Below are positions 45,438-54,028 of a stretch of DNA of 64,000 bases, piece by piece. The notes beneath the pieces are model-generated. The model saw only the letters and a list, made by a program, of their open reading frames with translations, was not told the origin of the DNA and did no database searches. Every line of letters starts with the position of its first letter. Within the stretch, counting starts at the first letter, position 1. Both the position numbers and the translations under genes were made by a program. Source of the DNA: a bacterium (GTDB lineage: Bacteria > Actinomycetota > Acidimicrobiia > Spongiisociales > UBA5794); contig JAAELU010000141.1 of NCBI GenBank assembly GCA_024226255.1, positions 23,093-87,092 of the forward strand, read 5' to 3'.

Positions 45438-47330
45438 GTGAACGACGTATTCGTCTGCCACGCATCTGAAGATCGGTCTTTCGCCGAGGCGGCTGTGGCG
45501 GCGCTCGAGGCCCGCGGGATTCGGTGCTGGATCGCCCCGCGAGACGTTCCTCCCGGTTCGGACTATGCGGGGGCCATCCTGTCGGGGATCAGCACTAGCC
45601 GAGTATTGCTCCTCATCTTCTCCCACTGGTCGAACGAGTCGCCGCACGTGCCCCGGGAAGTGGAGCGGGCAGTCAATCGGAAAATGCCAATAGTCCCGTT
45701 CCGTTTGGATGAGGTCGCTCCGAGCGGCCCCCTCGAGTATTTCATCAGCGGTGCCCAATGGTTTGATGCCGCCTCGGGCAGCCCCGATGACCACCTCCCG
45801 GCTCTGGTCGACGCAGTCAGGCGGCTGGTATCCCCCGCAGCCACGCCAGCCCCCGTGGCCGAGCGGGAGGACTTCAGCCGCGAAGTGCGCGAGCAACTGG
45901 AGACGCTGGTCTTGCGGTACGGCACCGAGTTGGCCGGTGACGCGCGCCGGCTGCAAGCGGTGCTCCGTGACATGGTTGGAGAACATCCAGCCGAGATTTC
46001 GGCGCTGGTCACTGCAGCGGAGGAAGGGGTGCCGGAGATGTTGCTGCACTCCTCGGACCCAGGAGCCTCGGCCACCCGGGAACGCCTGGCCCGCCGCTTG
46101 AAGGAAAGGCGTGCGCTCGGCATGGAGGCGGCGGAGTGGGCGGTAGCGTCGTGGGCACGTGCCCTCCGGATCCCACCGTCCCCTTCTCAGCCGCCGCTGG
46201 ACCTCGGGGAGACGAAGCCGGCCTCCGCCGCCGAACCAGAGAAGACCCGTCCCGTGGAGATAGACGAGAGTCTCACGCCCGCCGTGTCATCGGGCCAACC
46301 AGCGGCTCCGCCCGTGCCGCCGGCGAAAGAGGTCCCCCGAGCAAGTGCCGAGCCGGCGCAGGCGGCACCGTCAACCCCGCCGCAACCCCGGGTAGCGCAA
46401 TCGCCGCCGCGTCCCGACGGGCGTCCCGCCTGGATCTATGCGCTGCTTGCCGTGATCGGCGTCGCGCTCGTTGTTGGAGCCGTCGTTCTGTTCTCCGGGG
46501 ATGAGGCGACCGGTCCGGCAGCGACCGATGTCACCACCACCACCGGAGTCACGACCAGCGGGCTCGGCACTACGCCGAGCACGCTCACTCCGACCGCACT
46601 ATCGGCTGACTCCGAACGAATCGTTGCCCGTGGGCAGGTACGGATCGGCGTTCGGGACAACCCCTTGCCGCCCCTCACAACCTTCGAGGCGGATCTCTCG
46701 CAGGAGGTTGTCTCGCGTCTGTTCGGCGACATCGCCGTGGAGTTGGTGCCGGTCGCCGTCCTGGACCGCTTCGCCGTTCTCGAGGCTGGTGATGTCGACT
46801 TCCTGATCCGTTTGACGACCCACACCACGAGCCGGGAGGAGCTGGCGTCGTTCACCAGCCCATACTTCCTCGATGGATTGGCGTTCGCATTTGGGCCGGA
46901 CCGCGGGATCTCCTCGATCAGCGGTCTGGCCGGTCTGACGATCGGAGTGTTTGACGGAACAAGCACGGAACTGGAGGTCCGGCAGGCCTTGGAGGGGAAT
47001 GGAGTGGGTGCAACGATCGTCGGATTCGACGACACCGACGCCGTATCCAATGCTCTCGTAGCCGGCGAAGTCGACGCCATTGGCGTGTATTGGGCGCAGG
47101 CTCTCAACTACGTAGAGACCCTCGGTGTCGACGCATTCCTCTACACGCTGCTAGAGCCGCTCACAGTCGTGGTGTCACTTGAGAACCCCGGCTTGCGCGA
47201 CGATCTCGACCGGGTCTTGCGGGAAATGGTGGCCGACGGGACCTGGCGACAACTGTATGAACTCCGGTTCGTGGAACCGCCGCCCTGGAGCGAGGATGAG
47301 ATGTCGACCTTCCCGCCGGTCGACCGATGA
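45438..47330 (+). CDS. TIR-domain single-pass membrane protein with a C-terminal extracytoplasmic solute-binding (SBP_bac_3-like) domain
   Basis: GGAGGG-N5-GTG start. TIR_2 pattern VFVCHASEDRSFAEAAVAALEARGIRCWIAPRDVPPGSDYAGAILSGISTSRVLLLIFSHWSNESPHVPREVERAV. A helical middle region, a Pro-rich linker, TM WIYALLAVIGVALVVGAVVLF, then an SBP_bac_3-like domain (FLIRLTTHTTSREELASFTSPYF, LTIGVFDGTSTE, VAGEVDAIGVY). Confidence 0.75.
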   Translation: MNDVFVCHASEDRSFAEAAVAALEARGIRCWIAPRDVPPGSDYAGAILSGISTSRVLLLIFSHWSNESPHVPREVERAVNRKMPIVPFRLDEVAPSGPLEYFISGAQWFDAASGSPDDHLPALVDAVRRLVSPAATPAPVAEREDFSREVREQLETLVLRYGTELAGDARRLQAVLRDMVGEHPAEISALVTAAEEGVPEMLLHSSDPGASATRERLARRLKERRALGMEAAEWAVASWARALRIPPSPSQPPLDLGETKPASAAEPEKTRPVEIDESLTPAVSSGQPAAPPVPPAKEVPRASAEPAQAAPSTPPQPRVAQSPPRPDGRPAWIYALLAVIGVALVVGAVVLFSGDEATGPAATDVTTTTGVTTSGLGTTPSTLTPTALSADSERIVARGQVRIGVRDNPLPPLTTFEADLSQEVVSRLFGDIAVELVPVAVLDRFAVLEAGDVDFLIRLTTHTTSREELASFTSPYFLDGLAFAFGPDRGISSISGLAGLTIGVFDGTSTELEVRQALEGNGVGATIVGFDDTDAVSNALVAGEVDAIGVYWAQALNYVETLGVDAFLYTLLEPLTVVVSLENPGLRDDLDRVLREMVADGTWRQLYELRFVEPPPWSEDEMSTFPPVDR

Positions 47331-47715
47331 TTCTCCGCCGGCTGGATTCGGGCGGGCCCTGTGGCGGACTCGCGATGCCTGGGCTCCGCTCGGAGGTGCA
47401 GTCGTGAATAACCGCAAATCGTCCTTGGGTGAGCCGAGAGACGCCTGAGCGCGCCGGAGCGCTAGAGCCCGGAAGGCGGGAATCGGCTTCGGCACAACTG
47501 GCGTATCCAGGCCGTCCGTAGAAATCGAGCCGGAAGGAGATCGGCACGCAGACCCGTCGGGGGCGACGCCATTTCGGGCGCTGCTATGTTCCGAGACCTT
47601 CTCAGTGGCGCCCACAAATGTCAGCCTGCTGGAGCTGGTCAAGGAGCGCGCTCACTACGACAGCAGCTCGGTGATGCAATAGCGGACCGGAAGTCAGCCA
47701 TAGTGGGGATGACAA

Positions 47716-48540
47716 ATGGCAACCCGACGAAGGCGAAGACTCTTGGGCGTGGTGGGAGCGTTAGCTCTGTTGCTGCTCGCGGTGGCCGGCCTATGGGCGG
47801 GCCAGCGTCGACTGATCTACTTTCCGGATGGCGATACTCCGTCTCTCGATCTGGTGGGGCCCGGCTGGGTGGAGGTGTCGTACGCCACTTCGGACGACCT
47901 CACGCTCACGGCCTGGTATCACGCCCCGAACCCCGGCCGCCCGATCGTGATTGTTCTCAACGGCAATGCGGGCAACAGGGGCGATCGGGCCGCGCTGGGC
48001 CGAGGTCTGAACGCCGCCGGTTTCGGAGTGCTACTCACTGACTACCGCGCGTATGGAGGTAATCGCGGGAACCCCACGGAGGACGGACTGGCTCTCGACG
48101 CGCGGGCTGCTGTGGGCTTTGTCGCGGAGCGGACATCGGGTAGTCCACTCGTCTACTTCGGCGAATCACTCGGCGCCGCGGTCGCCGTCGAACTGGCGGT
48201 CACTCACCCGCCGGCTGCGCTCGTGCTCCGTTCGCCATTCACCTCACTGGCCGACATGGGACACGTTCACTACCCGTGGTTACCCGTCGGGCTTCTTCTC
48301 AAAGATCGGTATCCGTCGCACGAGCGCATGGAATCGGTTCATGCTCCAACTCTCGTCATCGCCGGCGCGGCCGACTCCATCGTGCCCATCGAGCAGAGTC
48401 GGGAGATCTATGCGGCTGCTCCCGAGCCGAAGCACTTCATGATGATCCCCGGTGCCGACCACAACGATCCCGAGTTGGGGCACGGTGCGAGCATGATCGA
48501 CACCGTCACGGCATTCATTGCCCGGTCAGTAGCGGACTAG
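47716..48540 (+). CDS. alpha/beta hydrolase (membrane-anchored)
   Basis: N-terminal TM LLGVVGALALLLLAVAGLWA; nucleophile elbow YFGESLGAAVAV; a C-terminal Asp/His region. Confidence 0.65.
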   Translation: MATRRRRRLLGVVGALALLLLAVAGLWAGQRRLIYFPDGDTPSLDLVGPGWVEVSYATSDDLTLTAWYHAPNPGRPIVIVLNGNAGNRGDRAALGRGLNAAGFGVLLTDYRAYGGNRGNPTEDGLALDARAAVGFVAERTSGSPLVYFGESLGAAVAVELAVTHPPAALVLRSPFTSLADMGHVHYPWLPVGLLLKDRYPSHERMESVHAPTLVIAGAADSIVPIEQSREIYAAAPEPKHFMMIPGADHNDPELGHGASMIDTVTAFIARSVAD

Positions 48541-48727
48541 CCGGCAGCCAAACGGGGCACCACGCCCGCGCAGTCAGAAACGCATCTGTCGGTCGTTTCG
48601 TCAACCCTGACGATCCCGAAGGCTGGATTGGAACCACCGTACCTCGAATGTCGCAAGGGCGGCTATCTGCTGCCGCTGCCGGATCGGACCGAGTGAAATG
48701 GCAAGGACACGTACCAACGAGGGAACG

Positions 48728-49957
48728 ATGCTTTCCAGCAAGTTCACAATCGGAGTTGTAGCTTGTGCACTCTTGGCGATCGCATGTGGTGGCGCCGGCA
48801 CGAGTACGATCGTGTTGCCCGGAGAGGCGGAGCCGCCCGCACTCTCAGACACGTCGGATGGTGCGGCGCCACCCGCCCAACCTCTCTTCCCTGAGGGCCC
48901 CTCGGCTCTGCGCGAATTCGGCTCGGACCAGTTCCCGACGCCCCTGGTCGAGCTGTCGGACATCATCGCGGGCGGGCCACCCCCTGACGGCATCCCACCG
49001 ATCGACGATCCCGTTTTTGTCGGCGTTGCCGAGAGAGTGGATTCCTATCGGGACAACGCTCCGGTCGTTGCGCTCGAGATCAACGGCGACGCGAGGGCGT
49101 ACCCGGTTGCTGTCATGATCTGGCACGAGATCGTCAACGACACGGTCGGTGGAGTACCGGTCACCGTCACATACTGTCCGCTCTGCAACTCGGCGGTCAC
49201 CTACGGACGAGTGATCGACGGCACGGAGACCACCTTCGGGACGTCGGGTCTGCTGTTGGCCTCGGCGCTTGTCATGTACGACCGGGCAACCGAATCATTG
49301 TGGACCCACTTCGACGGACGGGCCGTCGTCGGCGTGCTGACCGGCACGCCACTGGATGTGTACGGATCTCCGTTGATGGCGTGGCGCGATTTCCGGACCA
49401 ACTATCCACATGGGCTCGTGCTCGACGAGACCAAGACGGGCCACAGCCGTGACTACGGCCGCAATCCCTACTTCGAGTATGACGATCCCGACACCCGGCC
49501 GTTCTTGTACTTCGGCGATGTCGATTCCAGAGCGCGAGCGAAGGAAAGAGTTGTGGGCGTGGCATTCGAAGGCGTGGACGTGGCATACAGTCTTCAGTCG
49601 CTCAGGGGAGAGGGACCCGCCGTCACTCCGGTCATCGTCGGGGGATCCGAGCTGGTGGTGCTCTGGGTGCCGGGTCAGGCCAGCGCGCTCCACGGTCCAA
49701 GCGTGCAGTACGGCCGCGACGTCGGCAGCGTTGGCGTGTTCGAGCCAATCGTCGCCGGCCGGCGACTGACGCTGGCGGCCGATGGCGACGGTTTCGTCGA
49801 CGCCGAGACCGGCACACGGTGGTCGATCACCGGCGCGGGCGTGTCGGGACCGCTCTCGGGGGACCAACTGCCACACATTCCGCATTTCGACACGTTCTGG
49901 TTCGCCTGGTCGACCTATCGCCCGGGCTCGGAGCTCGTGGGAGCGGTTGGCGAATAG
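48728..49957 (+). CDS. DUF3179-domain lipoprotein
   Basis: Lipobox GVVACALLAIACGG; DUF3179 hallmarks DGIPPIDDPVFV, AYPVAVMIWHEIVND, VTYCPLCNSAVTYG. Confidence 0.65.
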   Translation: MLSSKFTIGVVACALLAIACGGAGTSTIVLPGEAEPPALSDTSDGAAPPAQPLFPEGPSALREFGSDQFPTPLVELSDIIAGGPPPDGIPPIDDPVFVGVAERVDSYRDNAPVVALEINGDARAYPVAVMIWHEIVNDTVGGVPVTVTYCPLCNSAVTYGRVIDGTETTFGTSGLLLASALVMYDRATESLWTHFDGRAVVGVLTGTPLDVYGSPLMAWRDFRTNYPHGLVLDETKTGHSRDYGRNPYFEYDDPDTRPFLYFGDVDSRARAKERVVGVAFEGVDVAYSLQSLRGEGPAVTPVIVGGSELVVLWVPGQASALHGPSVQYGRDVGSVGVFEPIVAGRRLTLAADGDGFVDAETGTRWSITGAGVSGPLSGDQLPHIPHFDTFWFAWSTYRPGSELVGAVGE

Positions 49958-50261
49958 CCGTCGCCGGGTTCTCGTGGAGACAGTCTTCCTCCCAGCCACT
50001 GGAGCCTCCGAACTGTGCTGGATCCAAGGCATCGACCCCAGAGATGGGACCGCCGCGAAACTAGGGAAGCCGCTGATCGTCGACGCCGCATTGGTACGGC
50101 TGAGCGCGATTCCTGGCGCACGTGCCTTCCCAAGCCATTAGAGACCTTCGGCTCTACACGCATTAGAAGGCATATGTAGGAATAGGGCCAAACACAGAGC
50201 CATTCTTGCAGCAGGATCCGTTCCTGCGGGTCGCGCTGCCCGTATAGAAAGGACTGCTCGC

Positions 50262-50510
50262 ATGACTCTGGCGGACGACACAAGCGTGTCTTTGACATTG
50301 GATCTGAAGGGCATGCTCTGCCCGATGCCGGTCGTCGAGATTTCGAGGGCGATCAAGCAAGTTGAAGTTGGCCAGATAGTCGAGGCTACGGCAACGGATC
50401 CTGGAGTGATGGCCGACATCCCGGCGTGGTGCCACAGCACAGGCAACACTCTCATGGCGTTGGAAAAGGCGGAGTCTCACTTCGTCTTCAGGGTCCGGCG
50501 CGACGCTTGA
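50262..50510 (+). CDS. tusA: TusA-family sulfurtransferase
   Basis: DLKGMLCPMPVVEISRAIKQVEVGQIVEATATDPG (CPxP active-site motif). Confidence 0.75.
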   Translation: MTLADDTSVSLTLDLKGMLCPMPVVEISRAIKQVEVGQIVEATATDPGVMADIPAWCHSTGNTLMALEKAESHFVFRVRRDA

Positions 50511-50525
50511 CCTGGATGGCAATGT

Positions 50526-51173
50526 ATGACATTCGATTCCGCTCTGCACTTCGTTGAGTTCGAGCTCCAGATCATTGCCCTGACTTGGATGGCCCTGCTC
50601 TACACCATCAAGGCAGTTCAGTTATCCAGATTGCCGATGCCCTGGGAGCAGGGTCCCGCTAGAGGCAGCCGAGCCGCCGGTTCGGCGCGCTCATACCTCG
50701 GGATCTTCGTTCCGCAGAGCCGGGAGAGCTCGCGGCTCCACCCATGGCGCTGGGTCGAATTCGGCGCGTACCATGTCGGGGCGGCGGTGGCGATCCTCAT
50801 CACGTTCACCTTGCCATTTGCTCCCGGCCTCATGACGCGTGCCGTTTCGATCGTGTGTGCCGTTTTGATCGCGCCGGCGTTGCTGGTCGGCTTCGCCAAG
50901 ATCTACAGACGCCTGGCGCAGCCGGACCTGCGCTTCATCAGCTCGCTGGACGATCACGTGTCACTGATCACGCTGCAGTCGTTCTTCCTCACTGCGGTGA
51001 TGGTCTTGCTGTTCGACACTCCCGGCTGGCGCATGGCCTACTTCCTGGTGGTGGCGGCATTCCTGTTCTACGTACCGTTCTCGAAGATCAGCCACTACGT
51101 CTACTACGGGTTCTCTCACTTCCTGACCGGAAGCCGCTACGGCTGGCGGGGCGTGACACCGGGGAGGACGTGA
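50526..51173 (+). CDS. NarI/DsrM/HdrE-like heme-b membrane anchor
   Basis: Five TM helices with conserved His (HFVEFEL, AYHVGAAV, SLDDHVSLI, SKISHYVYYGFSHF). Lies immediately upstream of, and overlaps, the HdrD-like gene. Confidence 0.55.
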   Translation: MTFDSALHFVEFELQIIALTWMALLYTIKAVQLSRLPMPWEQGPARGSRAAGSARSYLGIFVPQSRESSRLHPWRWVEFGAYHVGAAVAILITFTLPFAPGLMTRAVSIVCAVLIAPALLVGFAKIYRRLAQPDLRFISSLDDHVSLITLQSFFLTAVMVLLFDTPGWRMAYFLVVAAFLFYVPFSKISHYVYYGFSHFLTGSRYGWRGVTPGRT

Positions 51174-51174
51174 C

Positions 51175-52494
51175 ATGACGAGCGACATCGAAGTCCCGAT
51201 CACTGACCGGGCCAAGGAGGAGCTGGAGAAGCGGTTCAACCGGTTGGTGGGTGTATCGGCAACGAACCTGTGCACACACTGCGGATGGTGCATCGACTCA
51301 TGTCACGTCTACCTGGCCACGGGCGATGTTCGTCTGTCCCCGGTCGGCAAGGCGGACCTCATTCGGCGCCATTACAAGCGCTCGCACGACTGGATGTCCA
51401 AGGTGTTTCCGCGTTGGACCGGGGCGAAATCGGAGATCACCGAGAACGAGTTCGACGACTGGCTCGAGGCCGCCTTCCAGGCCTGCACACTCTGTGAGCG
51501 TTGTGTCGTCAACTGCCCAATGGGTGTCGAGACGCCGCAGCTGCTGGCGGCAGCGCGCGGCACTCTGACGGCCATTGGCAAGGCTCCCGAGATCCTGGAT
51601 CAGCTCGCCAACGCTGCGATTGCGCGGGAGGAATTCCTGGACAGCTTCTCTGAGTACTTCCTCGACCAGATCACCGTGCTCGAGGCTGAAGTCCGGGAGA
51701 AGCTGGACGACCCGACGGCGCGGATCCCGGTGAATGAACCGGCGGAGATTCTCTACGTGCCGCTGTCCGGGGCGCACACGATCGTCCCCCAGGCGATCAT
51801 CTTCAACGCGGTTGGTGCCTCATGGTCGCTGTCAATGTTCGAAGCCTCCAACTATGCGATGTTCCTCGGTGATACGGCCCGGGCCAAGAAGATTGCGATG
51901 CGAGTCATCAATGAGGCTGAGCGCCTCGGGGTGAAGGAACTCGTCATCTCCGAGTGTGGCCATGCATATACAGCCTTCCGTTGGGAGGCGCCTAAGTGGT
52001 TCGGAGGCCCGCTGCCCTTCAAGGTGCGCAGCATCGTTGAGGTGCTCGATGAGTACGTGGCCGAGGGCCGACTGCCGATAGATCCGAGCATCAACTCGGA
52101 GCCACTCACCTATCACGACCCGTGCAACCTGGGTCGCAAGGGTGGGGTCTTTGACGAACCGCGCCGGGTAATCGAGGCGGCGTCGACAGACTTTCGTGAG
52201 ATGACGCCCACCAAGGCCCAGAACTTCTGTTGCGGTGGAGGTGGTGGCCTCGTGGCTCAGCTCGACTGGCGCGACCAGCGGATCGCCTTCGGCGGCCCCA
52301 AAGCAGACCAGATTGCCGAGACCGGAGCCACCCGGGTCATCACGTCGTGTGACAACTGCCGCCACCAGATAAACGAGCTAGGCGACAGCTACGGCCTCGG
52401 TTTGTCCGAGGTTGTGTCTGTATCCGAGCTGCTCGTGGATGCACTCCTCGCAGCTCGTCAGCCGGTACAACAACTTGCCAAGGAGGAAATGTGA
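51175..52494 (+). CDS. HdrD/DsrK/GlpC-like Fe-S protein (2x[4Fe-4S] plus two CCG domains)
   Basis: CTHCGWCIDSCHV and CTLCERCVVNCPM ferredoxin motifs; Cys-rich CCG motifs YHDPCNLGRKGG and QNFCCGGGGG. Confidence 0.7.
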   Translation: MTSDIEVPITDRAKEELEKRFNRLVGVSATNLCTHCGWCIDSCHVYLATGDVRLSPVGKADLIRRHYKRSHDWMSKVFPRWTGAKSEITENEFDDWLEAAFQACTLCERCVVNCPMGVETPQLLAAARGTLTAIGKAPEILDQLANAAIAREEFLDSFSEYFLDQITVLEAEVREKLDDPTARIPVNEPAEILYVPLSGAHTIVPQAIIFNAVGASWSLSMFEASNYAMFLGDTARAKKIAMRVINEAERLGVKELVISECGHAYTAFRWEAPKWFGGPLPFKVRSIVEVLDEYVAEGRLPIDPSINSEPLTYHDPCNLGRKGGVFDEPRRVIEAASTDFREMTPTKAQNFCCGGGGGLVAQLDWRDQRIAFGGPKADQIAETGATRVITSCDNCRHQINELGDSYGLGLSEVVSVSELLVDALLAARQPVQQLAKEEM

Positions 52495-53009
52495 GCGATG
52501 ACGACGGTCGCAGGAAGATGGCGTTGATCGCCTCTCAGGGAACCCTCGATTGGGCCTATCCGCCCTACATCCTGGCGTCCACAGGGGCCGCGATGGATTG
52601 GGATGTGCGGATCTTCCACACCTTCTACGGCCTGACACTTCTCAAGAAGAAGCTCAAGGCGAAGGTAGCGCCATACGGCAATCCTGCGATGCCCATGAAG
52701 ATGCCCTTCGGACCGCAGGGGTTCCAGTCGATCGAATGGCCGATCCCCAACATCGTCCAGACCAACGTTCCGGGCTTCAATCGCCTGGCGACGGTGCTGA
52801 TGAAGCGCACTTTCAAGAAGAAGGGCGTCCAGTCGGTCGAAGCCATGCGCGACATGTCCCTGGAATTAGGTGCCACCCTCATTGGGTGTCAGATGACGAT
52901 GGACGTATTCGGCTTTGATCTCGAGGAATTCATTCCCGGAGTCGAGATCGCCGGTGCGGCCGCCTTCCTTGCGTTCGCCGCCGACGCCGACATTCAGTTG
53001 TTCGTCTAG
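52491..53009 (+). CDS. DsrE/DsrF-like family protein
   Basis: LIASQGTLDWAYPPYILASTGAAMDWDVRIFHTFYGLTLL; ATGA-type overlap with the HdrD-like gene. Confidence 0.5.
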   Translation: MSDDDGRRKMALIASQGTLDWAYPPYILASTGAAMDWDVRIFHTFYGLTLLKKKLKAKVAPYGNPAMPMKMPFGPQGFQSIEWPIPNIVQTNVPGFNRLATVLMKRTFKKKGVQSVEAMRDMSLELGATLIGCQMTMDVFGFDLEEFIPGVEIAGAAAFLAFAADADIQLFV

Positions 53010-53054
53010 GGAGGACTTGACGCGGCAGGCGCCGTGCGATGGAGGCCGCCGGCA

Positions 53055-53214
53055 ATAGGCGGTCAGGAAGTCGTGCCGCAATTGCGCGTGCCGCGTTTCT
53101 TCTGCGACGTGAAGTCATTTGAACTCTCTGGGCGGCCCTTTCCGGTGGTCTGGTGGCGTCTGCGGTGGCACCGTTTGGTTGCGCGGATAAGGCTCGAGCC
53201 CAGTAGCGCCGACC
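53055..53214 (+). repeat. Copy d of the tRNA-Val-3'-end-terminated repeat (degenerate)
   Basis: Body features ...gcgtgccgcgtttcttctg..., tgaactctctgggcggc, tggtggcg and gcgcggataagg; the 3' end is ggctcgagcccagtagcgccgacc (53191-53214). Confidence 0.65.
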
Positions 53215-53233
53215 TAGATAGCCGAGCGTCGGC

Positions 53234-54028
53234 TCACGATCCCTGGCGTCGGACTGCCTGTGCGTCGACCCAGCCCGACAGACCACTGGCAGGATCGGTC
53301 AGATGGGCCCAGCCACTGTCCTCCCGCTCGAGTTGGTACCACTGCGCCGGCTCGGCGGAGCCGATCACGGCGTCCGTATTCTCCAGGCCGTACATCGGGG
53401 TGGGTTGCTCGACGAACACCCATTCGGGTTGCGCTACTGGTGACTTTGGAGGGGCTGGTGCGGCCGCGGCCCGTTCGACGGTTGGGGGTGCCGGGGCCTT
53501 GGCCTTCTTGTGGCTCGAAACAGGCTGGGCCACCTCTGTATCCACGGCCGGGGCGGCGGGCACGTCGGGAAGCGGCACGGGAGCTGGGCGTGATGCAATC
53601 CAAGCCTCCTCAGCCCGCATTTCCTCTTCGACGCTGTCGAGCATCGTGGCGCCGGCTCGTGCCAGGAGGCGCGTTGCCTGGACGGCAGCGGCAAGGGTTC
53701 CGGCAGTTGTGGTTGCGCCGTCCAGCCACAGTCGAGCAGTGATCTCCTTTTGGTCCTCAGCGGCGTCGAATTCAGCCAGGTCAGCCCGGCCGAGGAGCAG
53801 TCCGTCGAGAGCAAAGCGGACCCGACTGTCGACCTGGTCCGATGGCCCCGACGGCCAGCGCGCCGGCGACGAGGCAACCAATCGAATCGCTGGTCCGTCG
53901 ATGATGATCCCGACGCGGTCGCCATCGATTGACGCCTCGTAGCGGAGCGGATCGGCCGTCTTCGAGACGCTGAGCGGTCCGAATCCCGTGTCGACGAGTG
54001 CCTCGAGTAGGTCGGTTGTCATCGCCAT
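53234..54028 (-). CDS. YbjN-like N-domain plus Pro-rich linker plus bacterial SH3-like C-domain protein
   Basis: 264 aa; the C-terminal region WVFVEQPTPMYGLENTDAVIGSAEPAQWYQLEREDSGWAHLTDPASGLSGWVDAQAV resembles SH3b. Confidence 0.45.
   Translation of the reverse strand: MAMTTDLLEALVDTGFGPLSVSKTADPLRYEASIDGDRVGIIIDGPAIRLVASSPARWPSGPSDQVDSRVRFALDGLLLGRADLAEFDAAEDQKEITARLWLDGATTTAGTLAAAVQATRLLARAGATMLDSVEEEMRAEEAWIASRPAPVPLPDVPAAPAVDTEVAQPVSSHKKAKAPAPPTVERAAAAPAPPKSPVAQPEWVFVEQPTPMYGLENTDAVIGSAEPAQWYQLEREDSGWAHLTDPASGLSGWVDAQAVRRQGS

Noticed and set aside
47603-47615. A sixth att-like copy (cagtggcgcccac) downstream of the first TIR gene, and a possible riboswitch in the 385-bp intergenic 47331-47715.
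   Set aside because: Only a 13-mer matches with one mismatch and there is no T-loop part or repeat body, which is compatible with chance. Local direct repeats (ccggaagg.g..atcggc.c) do not fit any riboswitch consensus I can recognise.
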